Below are positions 36,201-48,200 of a DNA stretch of 64,000 nt, piece by piece. Every line of letters starts with the position of its first letter. Within the stretch, counting starts at the first letter, position 1. The notes under the pieces are model-generated. The model was not told the origin of the DNA. It ran no database searches and saw nothing but the letters and a program-made list of their open reading frames with translations. Source of the DNA: Octopus sinensis (taxonomy: Eukaryota); NCBI RefSeq assembly GCF_006345805.1, contig NC_043015.1, positions 16,802,001-16,866,000 of the forward strand, in the 5' to 3' direction. A program made the position numbers and the translations under genes.

Positions 36201-39200
36201 TTATCGATGTTTTCAGAACTGGGGGAACTTTTCAAAATTTCCCTGCGTTAGTTTTGAATTATGACATTGGGCTATGTGTGTGTCAAGTTTCATCAGAATC
36301 AGTTGAAAGCCGTGGTCAGGGTGAGGGTACAACCTGACAGACACACAGACAGACAGACTGCCGTTTATATAGAGAGAGATATAATGCAATACAAATGGAT
36401 TTAAGATACAGCATGTCTGTACATTTTATAATGCCTATATAATCGATATTAGCTACATGCTTAAAATTAAATGATTATAAATACATAAATAGCAATGATA
36501 TATCAGAAATTAGTGAATCTACAATAAAGTGGAACATACTTCTTTGCCTTTTATTGACTGGTGGTTTGACAGCTTGATTCAGCAACAAATCTGAAAAGAA
36601 TTCTCGCCGTTCTTGTTCTGTTGGGTTACTCATATGCATAACCTCAGCTGCTAGATCATCAAACAGTTCTTTCAACTGAAAAAGAAAGTAATAACCTAGT
36701 TTTATATTTTATTGATACACAATAAATATATTTATTTCATGCATATTTCAAAATAGGAAAAGTAACTCACATCATCATCAAGAAAATCATAAGGAACTTC
36801 ACTGGTGGCTAAAAGTAGAATTGGTAAACAAGGATCTAAATCATCGACCATTGTTAAAAACGTAGCTTTCAATGTTTCACTCGAAACACTCCACAAATAA
36901 TTGATGTGTGGAAAATACAATATACTAGGGCTTGTTCTCTTGGCTTCACAGAATATCTGTTAAACAAAATCAATAAATAACATATTAAAAGCAAAACCCC
37001 AAAACAAAAGATTATACTTTATAATTTAAATATTAAGTACACACAATAAATTATTTCCATATAATAGGAATTTCAAAAAGGAAAAAATTACTATTTTCAA
37101 GGGTTATATTATTATAAAAATATACTTATTTGTACATAAAATATATATGATCAGAGTGAGATTGTGTATATTAAGTAGACAAATGTGAGGTAATGGAACT
37201 AATTATAATTCACTGCTTAATATAATAATATAAATTTATAAGATAGCTTTAGATTTTCATAAATTTGTTATAGCAGTAGCTGGAAAATAAAATGTTCGTA
37301 CTTAAAAATATTTTCAATTGCTAAGATTTAGAATACATGGAGTACAACAGCTCCAGAGCAAAGGTTAACAAGTTGTAACACAAAAAAGGTTGTGTGCATG
37401 TGAGAAAGTGTATATTTAGAAGAAGTGAATCAAAATTCTTGATGACAAAGTTTCTCCTAGAAAACTCTGATACAAAATTTTCTCTTGAAAAAGTGAGTTT
37501 CCATAATAAATTGATCACAAGCAATACACCAAAATGACAGGTGCCTATCAGATAATAATTTATGCAGTGTGTTGTCTATGACTTATGTTCAGGGGTGCTG
37601 GCCCTGGTGGATGCAAATTTTAGAATGGCAACAAATTCTAAGTTACTGAATAAGCAAAAAATAGCTTGCACAAAGGACAGCACAGTTTTGCATTAATATG
37701 TATGCAAATATACATTTGTCTGTATGCCATAGCTTAAGAGAGAGTGCAGTGGTTATATTGTATGAGGCAGTACATGCTTAAGTTTAAAAAATAGAATAAG
37801 TTCTATAAGAAGGAAATTCTATGAGGACCTTCAAAGAAGAATTGAAAAGTATGTTGGACGACTGGAGGCATAGAAATGAGGAATGCAGTGGTGTTGGAAG
37901 GATGGAGAATAATGGCAAGTGGAGGAAGAGATCATAAGATACAGTAACAAAACAAAAAGGCAATAATGAGTTTTTAAATAAAACATAAAATAGGTGAGCT
38001 GAAAAACCTTATTGGCTGACTATAAAGGAGAGCATGCATTAATTTCAACTCTTCTTATTAATAGTTTCTTTTCAGGTAAACTGACACCTGACTGTTCAAA
38101 GAAGACTTCAAAAGTAGCTAGTAGCAACTTCTCTTCAAAATGGGTGAAATTTGGAATTGTAGTTTTATCAAATCTTTGCAAAAGTGGTCTTATCAAGTAC
38201 CTGCAGAAAAAGGTTTAGCCCCCAAGAACATTCATGCTGACATGCTTGCTACATTAGGGGATGATATTCCAGCTTTATCAACAGTGCAAAAGTGGGAAGC
38301 TGAATTTAAGAGAAGGGAGAGTCTTGAAGATGACACAAGGTCTGGACAATCTGCAATTACCACATGCTGATGGATGACAATCGATTGACCATAAATCAAA
38401 AAGCAAATGCTGCTAGTATATCCTAGTTGAGAATATTCTGCACAATGAACTTAGCATGATGAAAGTTTCTTCTCAGAAGGTGCCACGTCTGACACCTGAT
38501 AAAAAGCGCACCAAGCTGATTTTATCACAGGAAAATCTGACATTGAGTCAGATCCAGCTGGTTTCCTAACTCAGGATAAGTGTTGGCTTCATTACTTTGA
38601 GCTAGAGACAAAGAGACAATCCATGCAGTGGAAACACCTCTCCTCATCTCCTCCAAAGAAGGTCAAGGTCGTATCGTCTGCAGGTGATGTCCTCAGTCTT
38701 TTGGGATGCAAAAGGCATTGTGTTTATTCACTATGTTCAAAAAAGCCACACCAACAATGGAGACTAGTATGCAAACACCCAGAAAAATTGATAAAAGGGG
38801 TCTTGTTTCATCATGGCAATGTTCCAGCACACAAGACCTTGGCCTCAATGGCTAATGTGCATGGCTTTGAACTAGTTGATCACTCTCTCTATTCTGGTCT
38901 GACCCCACATGACTATCATCAGTTTCCCAATATGAAAAAACACTTGGCTGAAGACGAGTATTGCAGTGATGATGACGTCATATCTGCTGTTGATGACATT
39001 TTTTGACCAACAGGATGAAAGCTTTTTCACCAATGGGATCCAAGCACTGCAACACCAATGGAAGGAGTTTGTGGACTGCAAGGGGGAACTATGTTGAAAA
39101 ATAAACTTCACTTGGTCACATTCCATAACAGTACCTTGGCCAGCCTATGAACTTTTCAGCCGATACCCATGTGTGTGTGAGTGAAAGAGAGAGAGCATAC

Positions 39201-42200
39201 ATATACATGTACACACACCACGAAATGTATAAATACAAAGAGGATAGGAAAACATGGAAAACATGTAAATGTATACGGCTGAAGAGCCTAACACATAATG
39301 GCATATGCCTACATACACATAAAATTATAAAAATACATCAAAGCTCCCAAAAACAAAAAAGAGAGATGATGATAATAATGGTTGAAGTAGGTGAAGATAA
39401 CAATACAGGCTGAAAGGTGGTCTAAGACTGACTGTCTAAGACTCATCTATTGTTTCACAGATTTGAAGAGTCTCTGATGCAGCCATCTAACAGTGTTACA
39501 AGGCTTATATGCAATGCAACAGCTGAGGTTGGTGGATGTACAGTGGAAGTAATAAATAATGTGACAGAAGATTTTAAAGTTGATTATAAAATGAGGAAAG
39601 GATGGTATCTGGAGTAGGAGCATTTTGAAATTCCTGATGGAATACAGCTAGAAAAAAGATAGCTTTCAATCAAAAGTGGCCAACATTTTTCACACTTTTG
39701 AAAAGTTTTAGGTAAGTTGGGAACTGTTTTTAATATCAGAATACAGAAATTATGAAGGATATGAAGGATATGAAAATATGAAAATATGAAGGATAATTAT
39801 AATAGAAAAACACAGGAATGTAAAGTGATATCGGAAAGAGTGTTGTAGTACTATTAATAACTTAAGCTTGGCATAATTCATACCTGGCAGTCAAAGAAAC
39901 TGCTAAAAAGTGACAACAAATCTGATGTGTATTAAAGGAAAAGAAGACTACTTGAGAGAAGAAAGAGTGAGTATCAAGAAGTATGTTGTATACAAAAGTA
40001 AGAAAGTAACTGCTGTTTAATATATAGCCTAATAATTTATTGGATAGCTGCAATATCAGTAATTCAAGTAGATCATCTTAAAAAAAGGAAAAAATAGTAA
40101 TCAAAGAAACCAAACCAAATTAAGATAATTTAATACCATCCTTAACATCAGCATTAATATCACTTAATAAATGTCTTTCACATATACTAACCTGTGTGCA
40201 AGATTCTTCAGGTGTCCTGTTACTAGCAGCATACAGTGATGGTAAATCAATTACATAAACAGGCATTTGCTCTAGGTGTTGCATGATAGCAGGAGCAAGA
40301 TGGACAGACTGTCCTTGGCCTATTTTCCCAGCAAAGAGAAGGCGTGGACGGTATGTCAATGGCTGCTTGGAGGCACAACTACGAGAATTGAAGGAAAAAA
40401 AAAGTAAACCATATAATGATTTTGAATAAAAAGTTACTTTTTGAAAATATCAAAATAATGTATGACACCCAATAAGTTCAAGATAGAGAAGTTTCATAAA
40501 ATTAATCAAAATCAAGATACACACACTACTTTCAATGAGTTACCATAATTAATAATCAATTTGAAATATTTAGATATTTTCCATTACCTTTGAAAATCCA
40601 AGTAAGATTCTGTAATTTTTTCAGGAACAAAATTTCGAGGCTTTCTACCACGTTGACGAGGGGCTTCATATATACATGGACCTTCATCTTCAAGCCAGTA
40701 ATCGGTAGCTTCATCTACTTTAGCTGATTTCTCACAGGAACCTAAAAGTGTTTGAAAGTCGCCTTTTCTTTTTTAACAATTATTAAGCAAAAACATATAG
40801 CTATGCACAAAAAATGTACATAACAAAACTTATAAGAAAATGCAAATTCTAATGAAAGTAATTTTTATGAAACTTAACAGTAGGCATCTACAGCAGACCC
40901 CAACCATCTGGTTTGATCAACAGGAACTGGGTGTACCCAACAACTTTGTAGGTCTTCCAAAATCACTAAGGTCAATATTCTTCTTCAAGCTAACAGTTGT
41001 GGGAAAACACTTTTTGAGAAGTTGCTGATATAAAGGGGAACAAAACCAAGGTCTGGGCACACCAAAGTAGATGGAGCACAAGTCAGAGGGAAGATTTGCC
41101 ATATGCCACAATGTAAAGTCAATGATAGCCTGTATCTAATATGTTGAAATATATACATAGACACAGAAGCAGGGTACAGGTTCCTGCCTGACCAGCTCCT
41201 GTCAAACAGGACAACCTATGCCAACATGGAAGGAAGGCATTAAATGACGATGACAATATATATACATAAATACATAGAGGAGAGGAAGGGTGGTAGCAGA
41301 AGTTAGTAAGTATTTATTAGAAAGGGAAATTATAAATTATAAAAAAGACATCTACTGAAAAATTGATCAAAATATAACAGATTTCTTTTTCTTTTCTTTT
41401 AGTAGTAAAGAAATTTTTTTTAAATGGGGTCTACTGATGCTATGCTATAAATATCATCTAGTTTTCAGAACCGACATATAAATTAGAGAGAAGAGGTAGA
41501 AATAGATACTTCAAATATATATTTCTCCTGCAGTATTTCTAATGATGAATAAATTTCTGTATAAAATGTTTTCAGCTATACCACATGACTTAATTTTCCA
41601 AAAATAAAGTTTTGATTCCTTGAATATAATCATATTTCATAATACTTAGTTTTTATTCATTCTATCATTTGTTTTATTACAATATGCTAAAAATCTGATA
41701 ATGCATTAAAAAATTATTATATTGGGAAGTGAACTATATTATATATTAAATTTATAAGCTAACAAATTTTTTTTGTTAGTATTTATTCTGTATTGGTGAA
41801 ATTATATAAAAATTTGAAACACTGCAGTCACAAACAGATAAGCATATTATGTCATTCAAACTTAAAGGTTTGAAAGGAGAAATAATTCATAAGAATGTTT
41901 TTGATAAAAATTCGAAGAAATTCAATTGTATAGAAATCTTTCTTAGGAAGTAAACAAACAGAGAGAAATATAATACTACTGCAAAAAATTCAACCAATGC
42001 CAATATAAAGAGGAAGATAATAATAATGCTGATAAACATCATAAAAGAGACATATACAGATTCAAGGAAATATTATTAAAATTCAAACAGAAAAATCATT
42101 GAATTACCTTTCAATGTAAGACTATGACTCTGAGATAAATCACTTGGAAAAATTATCTCCAATATTGAAAGTGCCTTTTTGTAGATGTTTTCAAGAAGTG

Positions 42201-45200
42201 GTCTCACAAGTTTGGATAATGGATGTCTTGGAGTTGAATTAGAACGCTGTGCAGTGGGAACAATTACTTTCATTCCTCGATAAAAATCAATTCCAGAGAT
42301 GTGTATTGATGAAACATCTAACTGGAGTTTTTCAGAGGAATTGTAAATCTGAGGATACCTTCTTCTTAAAGCCATCAAAGCAGCTTCTGTACATAATGCT
42401 TTGATATCAGCACCACAATAGCCTACAACAAAAAAATTCAATAAGGAATACAAATTTTTTCAAACAAATCTCAAATTTTGTTAATTTAATTTCGAGTTCT
42501 GTTAGTTTCAATATGTTGGGAAAATGTGGATAAAGATAGCCAGTGAGGTCTCAAAATGAAGGATTAAGCAAAATTTTAGATGCATGGCTTGTGTAGTGGG
42601 GAAACAACTAAAATGAAAACTTAAATTATTATGGATCTCTGGAAGAGGTATCATACTGAGTGCTATCCCTACAGAAGACATTATAGAGAAAAGAAACAGT
42701 GAAACAAAACCAAATTGGTGATTGAATCATTACCAATCAGCCAAATGGTCTTCCAGTGGTGGAGAATATGTTTACAAGCAACAACACCATCTCAAGTACA
42801 AGAACAGTCCTTTAATGTGGGTTACACTTGAGATTTGTAGACAGTCAACTGTATTTACTGACACTGAGATGCAGTCAGACAATGTCATACACACGTGATT
42901 AGAAATAACAGCAAGTAGGTCTTTCATATACAAAATGGAAAGTGTTGGAGATATAACCAAACTCTGAAATAGAAAAAAAGCACTCGAGGAGATAAAAGAA
43001 GGGATTTTACAACTGCCTCTATTACTGTTGAGATGCTATTGTTCAGTTTCCAAGTTGGCTCTCTTTGCACAGATATGATCAAAGACCATAGCTTTTTAAG
43101 AGGAATTTAGGACTAAGTCCTTTAAAACAGTCCCCATTTTTGAATGGAGAAAGCAAACTTAACATGCCATTCAGTTTAACAACACCTTGGATGCAATTCT
43201 GCTGCAAGCACTTATACAACATTAAGACTGTAACTGAGTTAAGATTTGGTTGCTATTTTTAGTAGGTTGAACAACCATGTGAAGCCTCCTCCATTGATAA
43301 GTCAACTGTTAAAATTGTGAGAGGTTGCTCCTTTTTGGAAATAAGGTGTACAGTAATGTTTTCATAGATCAAGACAGCTCTCTCTCTCTCTCTCTCTCTC
43401 AATAGCAATCTGAAACCTAGTTACATTTTCATCATCATCATCATCATTTAACGTCCGCTTTCCATGCTAGCATGGGTTGGACGATTTTGACTGAGGGCTG
43501 GCAAACCAGATGGCTGCACCAGGCTCCAATCTTGATCTGGCAGAGTTTCTACAGCTAGATGCCCTTCCTAACGCCAACCACTCAGAGAGTGTAATGCGTG
43601 GTTTTTATGTGCCACCAGCACGGCAGAGACAAGACATCTATAGACCAACTAAACAGGTGCCATGATTCAAGGCAAGGGACTAAAACAACTGCTTGTGTTC
43701 AAGATGTGACGGTAGATAAACTTCAAGGAACCAGGAAGATTTCCAAAGTAGAAGTCTTTTTTGCTAATATACAAGTGAGTAGTAGAGAAAGAAAATTCTA
43801 CACAAATACTACTTTTAGAAAAGAGATTGAAATGAAGAGTACAGCTTGGATTACTGTAGATAATTAGAGAGAAAGAAATGAGTAGTTTGTATATCAGTTT
43901 CTTGGTATTTCTTGTAGATTTTGACATAGTTTAGAATAAAGTGGCTGTTTGGAGGAAGAAAAGAAGAAGGCTCAGGATTCACTGTTAGTCGTTACGGCAA
44001 TATCTATTCTTAGCCCAAATAGAAGTCAATAGTCTCAGGTCAGGCTCTCAAAGTCCTTCAATTATTGAGGGATACACATTTTTAACTGGAAGAGAGGGAG
44101 ATACAGAATTATATTCCCAGGTGATAAGAAAGAATTGCAAAGCATTAACTGACAGGTTTAGCCTCCTGTACTAAGTGACACTAGCTTTCTGCTGGGAAAT
44201 ATTTTCCACAGCTTCTCCTGACAATTCAATGAAGAACTCAGAAGGAGGTGCAATACAAACAGAAGTATCAAAAAACTGTTTATCAAACCAAGCTTTTGGT
44301 AGGAGTGCTTGCAGTAGAATAGCATCTAAAGAGGGACTGGTATTTTATTAAGTCACCAGCACTAGAAGAGACTGATTTGAAGTTTCAGTACTTTAGTGAG
44401 GCAATTTTCATTGCAGAGCAACCAATCTTTTACATGTTTCTCTAAGTAAATTACTGTTTTTAAGCAGACCAGAATGCATTAAGTAACTTTGATGCATTCT
44501 GATTTATAACTTTTGTTGAGAAAAGTTCAATAGCAGGTTAGAGTCAGATGTCTATATTCTCAGACTTTTGCAATGAAAATTTGTTTCATTATCATCACAC
44601 ATAGAGTTGGGGATCTAATGGAGAATAAAAAAATTGGTTATAGCTATGAATGAAAGAATAAACTTTATGAAACAGTGTGATACAGTATTGCAGTGAAATA
44701 AGCTCATTAGATTAATGAACTTATACAAAGAGGAGAGAGACAAGTAGAATATGGTCTGTTAAATACATTATCTGATTATATCCAGTGAGATGCTAATCTA
44801 AGTGACACATGCTGTGAAAATACACTGCAAGAGAGTACTAGAATATAAAGAAAGCTTTGAAAGAAATCCTAAGATTAGGAAGAAATGACTTACAGAAAAG
44901 ATGCAACAGAATATGTGATAACTTATTAAAGTATTTTGTTTCTTTTATTTAAAACTTCTAAAAGTAGAAATTCAAGATAAAATAATTAAAAAAAGAATAT
45001 AAATCTTGGAAATTCAAATAACTTTCTGTTAAATCACATCAAACTTACCAACACACTTTTGAGCAATTTCCTCAAGAAATGCATCTGATAGCTTAGGATT
45101 CCAATCTTTAGTGATGATAGAGAAAATCTGGGACCGAGCCTAAAATGTTCAAAATAATAATAATACAATTTAATATTCATAAATTTGTATTTACAATTTA

Positions 45201-48200
45201 AAATGCATTAATCTTATGGACTATATTGAAACTGTTTTCCTTACAACCAAGCTATCGACATTCACTAGATTTTTTTCATCTCTTGTTCAGTGTTTCCTCT
45301 TCCTATTTTGAATGTAACAAGACATTTGGCAGATATTTTATAATTAATTCTCAGGAAGGCAATTTCATGACCAACATAGAGGCATTTGTCAAAGGGAGAC
45401 ACCAAAAGTTGTTCAGTGACTTGATGATGCAAGTAGGTTCTCAAGAAACCCAGTAAACATTCCAACTTTTACCCTAATTCATGATGCTTCATCTGTTTCA
45501 ACAAGTTCTTCATTTCCATTTTCTTTCATGCCTTATAGAAATCATTAGGTCCTTTGTACAGGAAAGATTCCACGAAAAGGTATTCATTCCAAAAGTCTCA
45601 GACCAGAGCTTCTGCTAAATAACAGCTTCACATTATAAAGAGTGTCAAAATACCTTCAGTTCTAGATGAGATAGTAGCAATGAGTTAAGTAAGTTGAAAA
45701 CCCGACCTGTTAATTACATTTTCAAATCTGTTTATAACCATTAATGAACCCTATTAATTCATTAGCGATGATAGTACACCACTTTTTAAGAATTCATAAT
45801 TAGATCATAAAAGGGAAATAAGTTTGATAAATTGCATGGGTTTCGCAATCAAAAACAGCCTATTGCAGAAAATTCTTGGAGTACCCTCCAGTATCAGCGA
45901 GCGCCTAATGACAATCAAAATCCCACTTTTGAACAAACGTTTTCTGACATTTCTCGACTGATGAAGAGATAAAGAACACATTCTATGATTCTCTGTGTAA
46001 CAAGTAGCCATTTTTGAAATAAAGCGTGAATTGGCAATATGACGTAATGTCATATTGCCGAAGAATTATTATTTTCGTTTTTTCCATTGGTTAATATAAC
46101 TGCTCATAAAGATTCTAAAAAGTTACGTAAAGAATATTTGTAATGGATTTCGATTTTTTAAGTCAAGTTGAGCAGTTATAAAAACCCTAACTGAACTCCA
46201 CGACACTCACTCCTTTGAGACATTAGTGATTTTCATGCCATGTCCAAAGAAAATCACAACAAATCTATTTTGAATTGTTGATTCATTTATTAGTTATCTT
46301 TATGAATTAGCTAGGAAATATATAGTCGTACTTCTACACAACGAAAATTATTTTTTCTTTCACATGTACATAATATAAAATGTTATATTTATATAATAAA
46401 ACTAATTAAGAAAATGTTTCTCTTCACGTTTTTCAACTGTGTATAAATAAATATGCATTTCTGTAATCATTAAATAATATTTTCTTATAGCGGTTAAATG
46501 AACACAAAGATAATATACATACATGACGTTAATATTCTTAGCGTTCTATAAGTAGATTTCTCTATGATGTTATATACTGTAGTTCGGATTTGCGTATAAT
46601 GATAACACTTAAGTTATAAGTGACGTTTTAATCATTAAAAGCCAAATAAAATAATCTATTTCCAAATAGGAAACACAATAAATAGCATTACATTACTGTA
46701 ATATAGCTAAATAGAGAATATACTATAATAATATAACCTAAGAGAAAGCTCATGGTAGCCTAAAACTGCTATAGGAAAATTGGTGACACTCGTGAGTCTA
46801 TATTAAATAAGAAATTGGTGAACCTTTGTGAGTTCATATAAAATAATAAAAATTGGTGAACCCTCGTGTAACCAAATAATAAGAAAACCGGTGACAGCGA
46901 CAAAAATATTTTTTTTAAATAAAAAAATGATAAACACAAACTGGTGGAAAATTTAATAATATAATAAACATGAATTACAGAATTATTGCATAAATATTTT
47001 ATTAACAAATAGTTAAAAATAAAGTTGAAACAAAAAGAACACTGAAGAAAGAAACTTTAGAAAGAAAATTTTAGCTGCACTTTCTAGCAATATAAAAATT
47101 ATATTTTGAGCTGTTAAAAGCTTAGTAACATAACGAAAAAAAATTTTCCTTTGAGAAAATATTTATACATATAATGGAGCAGAATTTAAAAGAATTTGAA
47201 ATGTCATATTTCGATAGGAATTATACACAGGCTTCTGTAAATTATTTGCCTTGTCCCCCATGGACAGGAGACACAGTAATTTGGTTGGCACAACTGGAGG
47301 CAAGCTTTAAAGCTAACCGAATTACAAATGAAGAACAAAAATACAATATAATTCTGAGCAATTTACCTCCACCTCTAAGCAATGAAATTAGATATTTGCT
47401 ACTAAACCCTATCAAACCAGTTTCGTATTCTTCCATAAAAGAAGAAATATTGAAATGAACTTCAAATTCGAAACAAAAAGAGTTTGCAAAGTTATTTAAC
47501 AATGAAGAATTAGGAAATAAGAAACCCACACAACTTCTGTGAATGATGAATGAACTTCTGGGAGATCAGCAGATAGAGGAATCCTATCTAAAAGATGAAG
47601 TAACAAGAAATTTACCTTTCGTATAGATGATATTCTCATTGCTAGTCCATCAGAAGAAGCACATGAAGACCATTTAAAACAAATTTTCGAGAGATTGACG
47701 AATTACGGCATTGTGATAAATCCATCGAAGTGTGTTTTTGGTGAACCCAGTATATCTTTTCTGGGTCATCTTATCGATAAAGATGGAATTTGACCATTAC
47801 CAGAAAAAATTGAAGCTATTAAAAAATTTCCTGCACCAAAGACTTTAAGAAAGCTCAAAGAATTTTTAGGGATAGTTAATTTTTACAGAAAATTTATTCT
47901 TAAAGTCACTGAAACCCTATATCCCTTAACTGAGCTATTGAAAAATAGAAAGAAAAAAAATGAAGCCATAACTTTAAAAGAAACAGAATTACAAGCTTTT
48001 AAAAAAATTAAAGAGGAACTGTGTGAAGCAACACTTTTAAACCATCAGGTTCCTGAAGCAGAATTATCAATGATGGTTGATGCTTCCGATGTTGGAATCG
48101 GTGGCGTTCTACAGCAATTTCATTGTAATTCCTGGCAACCATTAGCATTCTTTTCAAAAAAATTCAAAGTACCAGAAACAGTGTTTTCAGCAGAGAATTG

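Noticed and set aside
45226-45560. Additional ATAD2 exon or transposase fragment
   Set aside because: The neighbouring ATAD2 exons already join without a gap relative to the human protein, and I could not identify a diagnostic motif.
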